This document shows positions 60,827 to 64,000 of a stretch of 64,000 nt of DNA, in pieces. Every line of letters starts with the position of its first letter. The first letter of the stretch is position 1. The DNA is from the human T2T-CHM13v2.0 reference genome, Homo sapiens. Where the stretch lies: assembly GCF_009914755.1 (NCBI RefSeq), contig NC_060940.1; one strand, written 5' to 3'. The notes beneath the pieces are model-generated. The model saw only the letters and a program-made list of their open reading frames with translations. It was not told where the DNA came from and did not search any database. Position numbers and translations under genes: made by a program.

Positions 60827-62898
60827 AACTTGTTTTAAATGTATAAAAACTGAGAGTTTTAAAGACACTCTCTGTGCTTCATCTTTCATCACAGACAAAA
60901 GTGATGTTAAAGGGACTGGGGCTGATATGAATAGACTTCGAATTCAGTTGAATATTTCTGGATCAGATATTTCAAAAGAAAGACAGGGTCTTTTCTAGAA
61001 ATGTCATGTAGGTAGAAGCATCGCATATGTGCCCTTTCACACCTGGCTTCTTCCACTTACCATGCTTCTGAGGCTTGGTTGTGCTGTTACATGTATCGGT
61101 AATTCATTCTTTTTCATTATTGAGTTGAATTCCATTGAACACCGAAAAAAGTGACTTTTAGGGTGTGTACATCACACCTCAATAAAGCTGGTTAGAAATC
61201 AATGAGGATAAAGCTCTTCTTTGCGGGCACATGAGCATCCCTGATCCAGGCAGCCTGCCGTGAGCTGAGCGCCCCCAAAGACCACCATGACCTCATCAGA
61301 ACAGGAGAACCCAAAGCCAGTGAAGACAGACATTCAGAGGACTCCCACCAGCCAGCTTGGGTGCACTGTCAGACACCAGGCTGCTGGCAGCCGAGGCAGG
61401 CCTGGGCTTCAGGTTTCCCCACCGCCTCCCCCAATGGAGGGGGTGACACCTGGCACTTTCATGGCAAGACCGGGCACCACAGCACGAGGCACAGCCACCC
61501 CAGCCTAGAGAAGACCAGGCTCCTGGGGGCCTGCAAGTCCTGTAGGGTCTGCTCTGCCACCCACCCCAGCCTTCACCTTCCATGTTTCCCTGCTCACTCT
61601 GGTCCTGCTCCAGGATCACGCCAAGCTCTGCTCACCACGGGGCCCTTGTCCCTGTCATCTCTCTGCCTGCTGCCCCCCACTGACTTCTTTGGCCAATCCT
61701 ACCACCGTGACCACCTGCTCAGGAAAGTCCTGCCTCACCTGCAGGCCGGGTCAGCCACGCTCACAGATCTGAGCTGGGTCAGGGAAGGTCCCTGCGGGAC
61801 GGTGTCCAATGTCTGCCCACTGGACAGAAAGCCCTCGAGGGTAAAGAACAGGCCTGCCCTGCTCACGGCAGTGCCGTCAGCTTAGGGGGCTAAGCAGCCT
61901 GGCCCAGATCTGACCATTAAGAGCCACACTCTGAGCTACAAAACTACGTTGCCAAGTGAGGAAATCGGGGATGAAACAACCCATCTCCATCGGACCTTAC
62001 TCTCCACGGTCCTCAGTGGTCCCCTCTGGGCAGAGAGAGGACGAGGCTCCACTTCACACTGGGCCCGCCTGCGTTTTCCCACAAGGAGCAGAGATGGCGT
62101 GTGCAGAGTGAAGACGGATTATGAATGAAGGAAGGAACTGCGCACAGATCCTCCCCCCATGACTGCGGCGGCCCTCGAGGCCCCTTAGGGGTTCAAGGCC
62201 CCCATGTGGGGAACACCCAGTTAGATGCCCTCAAAGACCCCCGCCCCTCCAACAGCTGGCGACCTTTCACCCGGCTGACCAGAGGGAAGACCACCAGGGA
62301 AGTGGAGGATTGCCAGCGAGGGTCAGGCCCCAGGGGGGCAATGGCATTTCCAGGAGGGGGATTCTGGGGGGTCTCGGGCAGGAAGGGAGGGAGAGGCGGG
62401 CAGGAAGGGCTGGGAGGCTGGACAGAGGAGAGCGAGGGGACGAGGGGCACAGGGGGCGCAGCTATTGGGGGTTGCAGGGAGGAGGCTGGGTCGGAAGGGG
62501 CCGTCCATGCAGCTCTAAAGTCCCCGAAGCTTTCTTCTGTCTCCCCTGTCCTTTATTTGAAGCAATAAACAAGGGGAGGGAGAAGGCAAGAAAAGAAAAG
62601 AAAGAAACGAAGATGACAGAGATAGGGAAGGGAACAGAAAGATGCAGGCACAGGACAGGGACAGAGACAGAGAGGCAGAGGCAGAAGCAGAGGCGAAAGC
62701 ACACAGAGGCTGAGAGGATCCTGTCAGAGCTAGGAGGAGCCATAGGGCCATCTGCCCATAGAGCCGCCGAGGCCGTCACAGAAACCTTCAGACGGGCCCT
62801 AAACGCAGAGACCCTGGAAACGTTCAGAGTAAGCACCGGTCGGTCAGTCCGGGTCAGAGTTATCAGGAACAGCACAACCAAACCAGGCACAGAGAGCC

Positions 62899-63500
62899 CC
62901 TCCACTCTCCCTCTCTCCCCATCCCTCTCCCACTTTCCCTCTGTAGCTCTCTCCCTCTCCCTCCTCTCTTCCTCTCTCTCCCCGCTCCCTCTCTCTCCCT
63001 CTCTCCCTTTCTCCCTCCTCTCTCTGCCTCCCTCTCTCCCTTTCTCCCTCCTTCTCTCTCTGCCTCCCTCTCTCTCCCTTTCTCCCTCCTTCTCTCTCTG
63101 CCTCCCTCTCTCTCCCCGTCTCTCTGTCCCTCTCTCTCTCCCTCCATCTCTCTCTCCCCCCTTCCCTCTCTCTCTCCCTCCTTCCCTGTCTCTCTCCCTC
63201 CTTCCCTCTCTCTCTCCCTCTCCCTCTCACTCTCCGTCTCTCTCCTTCCATGTCTCTCCCTCTCCCTCTCTCTCTCCCTCTTCCTCTTTCTTCTCTTATG
63301 AATCTCTCTTTTTCTACCTCTCTCCGCTCTCCCTTTCTCTCCCCTCCTCTCTTTCTCCCTCTTTATCTCTCCCTTTGTCTCCCCTTCTCTCTCTCCCCAT
63401 CTCTCCCCCCTCTCCCTCTCTCTCTCCCTCTGTCTCTGTGTGTCTCTCCCTTTCCGTCCCTCTCCCTCTTCCTCCCCACCCCCACCCCCCTTCCCCCCAT
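62899..63500. repeat. About 600-bp polypyrimidine (CT-rich) low-complexity tract
   Basis: Nearly all C/T on the plus strand. Confidence 0.95.
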
Positions 63501-63879
63501 TGGTCTCCTGGGTGAGGAGGGGGGCTGATGGAATGCTGTTTCAGGCCAGAGGGTTCCGAGGGCGGAAGGAGGGCACCCACAGCAGGTTCGATGGCAGAGG
63601 CCTCTACTCGTTAGGCCTCCCTGGGCCTCACAGCACAGCCCCAATTACGGTTTCGTGTGTCATGCTATTTTGATTCATGTTTCCTGTCTGGAAAACAGAC
63701 TGGAGTGTTGGGCCCTGGGCCAGGACAGGGGCCGGGAGGGCAGGGGCAGGAACCTGCCCGGTCACTGACCAGAGCCCACTGCAGGAAACGGGAACTTTCC
63801 AGGGAGGCAGAACTACAGTCCCTGCCCCACCCCCACAAACAGCCTGAATGCACACAGGGAGGGGGACACTGCTGACCTC

Positions 63880-63992
63880 TGGCTTGGAGCTGAGTTCAAA
63901 TCCTGCCTTGCTCAGCCACCCCTTCCAGCCGTGCAGCCTCAGCCCCTCATCCTCCCTGCTGGCCTTGCTGGTCTCATCTGTAAATGGGAAGG
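63880..63992 (+). mobile_element. MIR SINE
   Basis: ctgagttcaaatcctgcctt...tctcatctgtaaatggga. Confidence 0.7.
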
Positions 63993-64000
63993 CACAGCAT

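Noticed and set aside
62310-63515. 401-aa ORF, the longest in the window
   Set aside because: Non-ATG start; it stays open because GA- and CT-rich tracts lack stop codons, and the product is low-complexity S/L/P

Overview
This is primate, almost certainly human, non-coding genomic DNA; a perfect human-specific AluYa5 supports human origin. It is GC-moderate and dominated by interspersed repeats: about 30 Alu/FLAM/FAM elements, many MIR, L2 and old L1M fragments, about 20 solo LTRs (MLT1, MST, THE1, LTR16, LTR33, MER21) and several DNA-transposon relics (MER33, MER47, MER119, MER58). I found no credible protein-coding gene, RNA gene, CpG-island promoter or CRISPR array. The long ORFs come from Alus or low-complexity tracts. 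The most notable items are: (1) a near-perfect 17 x 38-bp VNTR with a kB-like/ETS composite motif in each unit; (2) an alternating 42/39-bp higher-order minisatellite that keeps an open, ATG-initiated, mucin-like 122-codon frame on the minus strand; (3) a consensus-identical AluYa5; (4) an inverted Alu-within-Alu; (5) multi-layer nested transposons; (6) a few strong plus-strand splice signals that could belong to a lncRNA. I do not see a convincing novel biological system. Repeat subfamily names come from recalled consensus features, not from a search, and boundaries of old elements are approximate.
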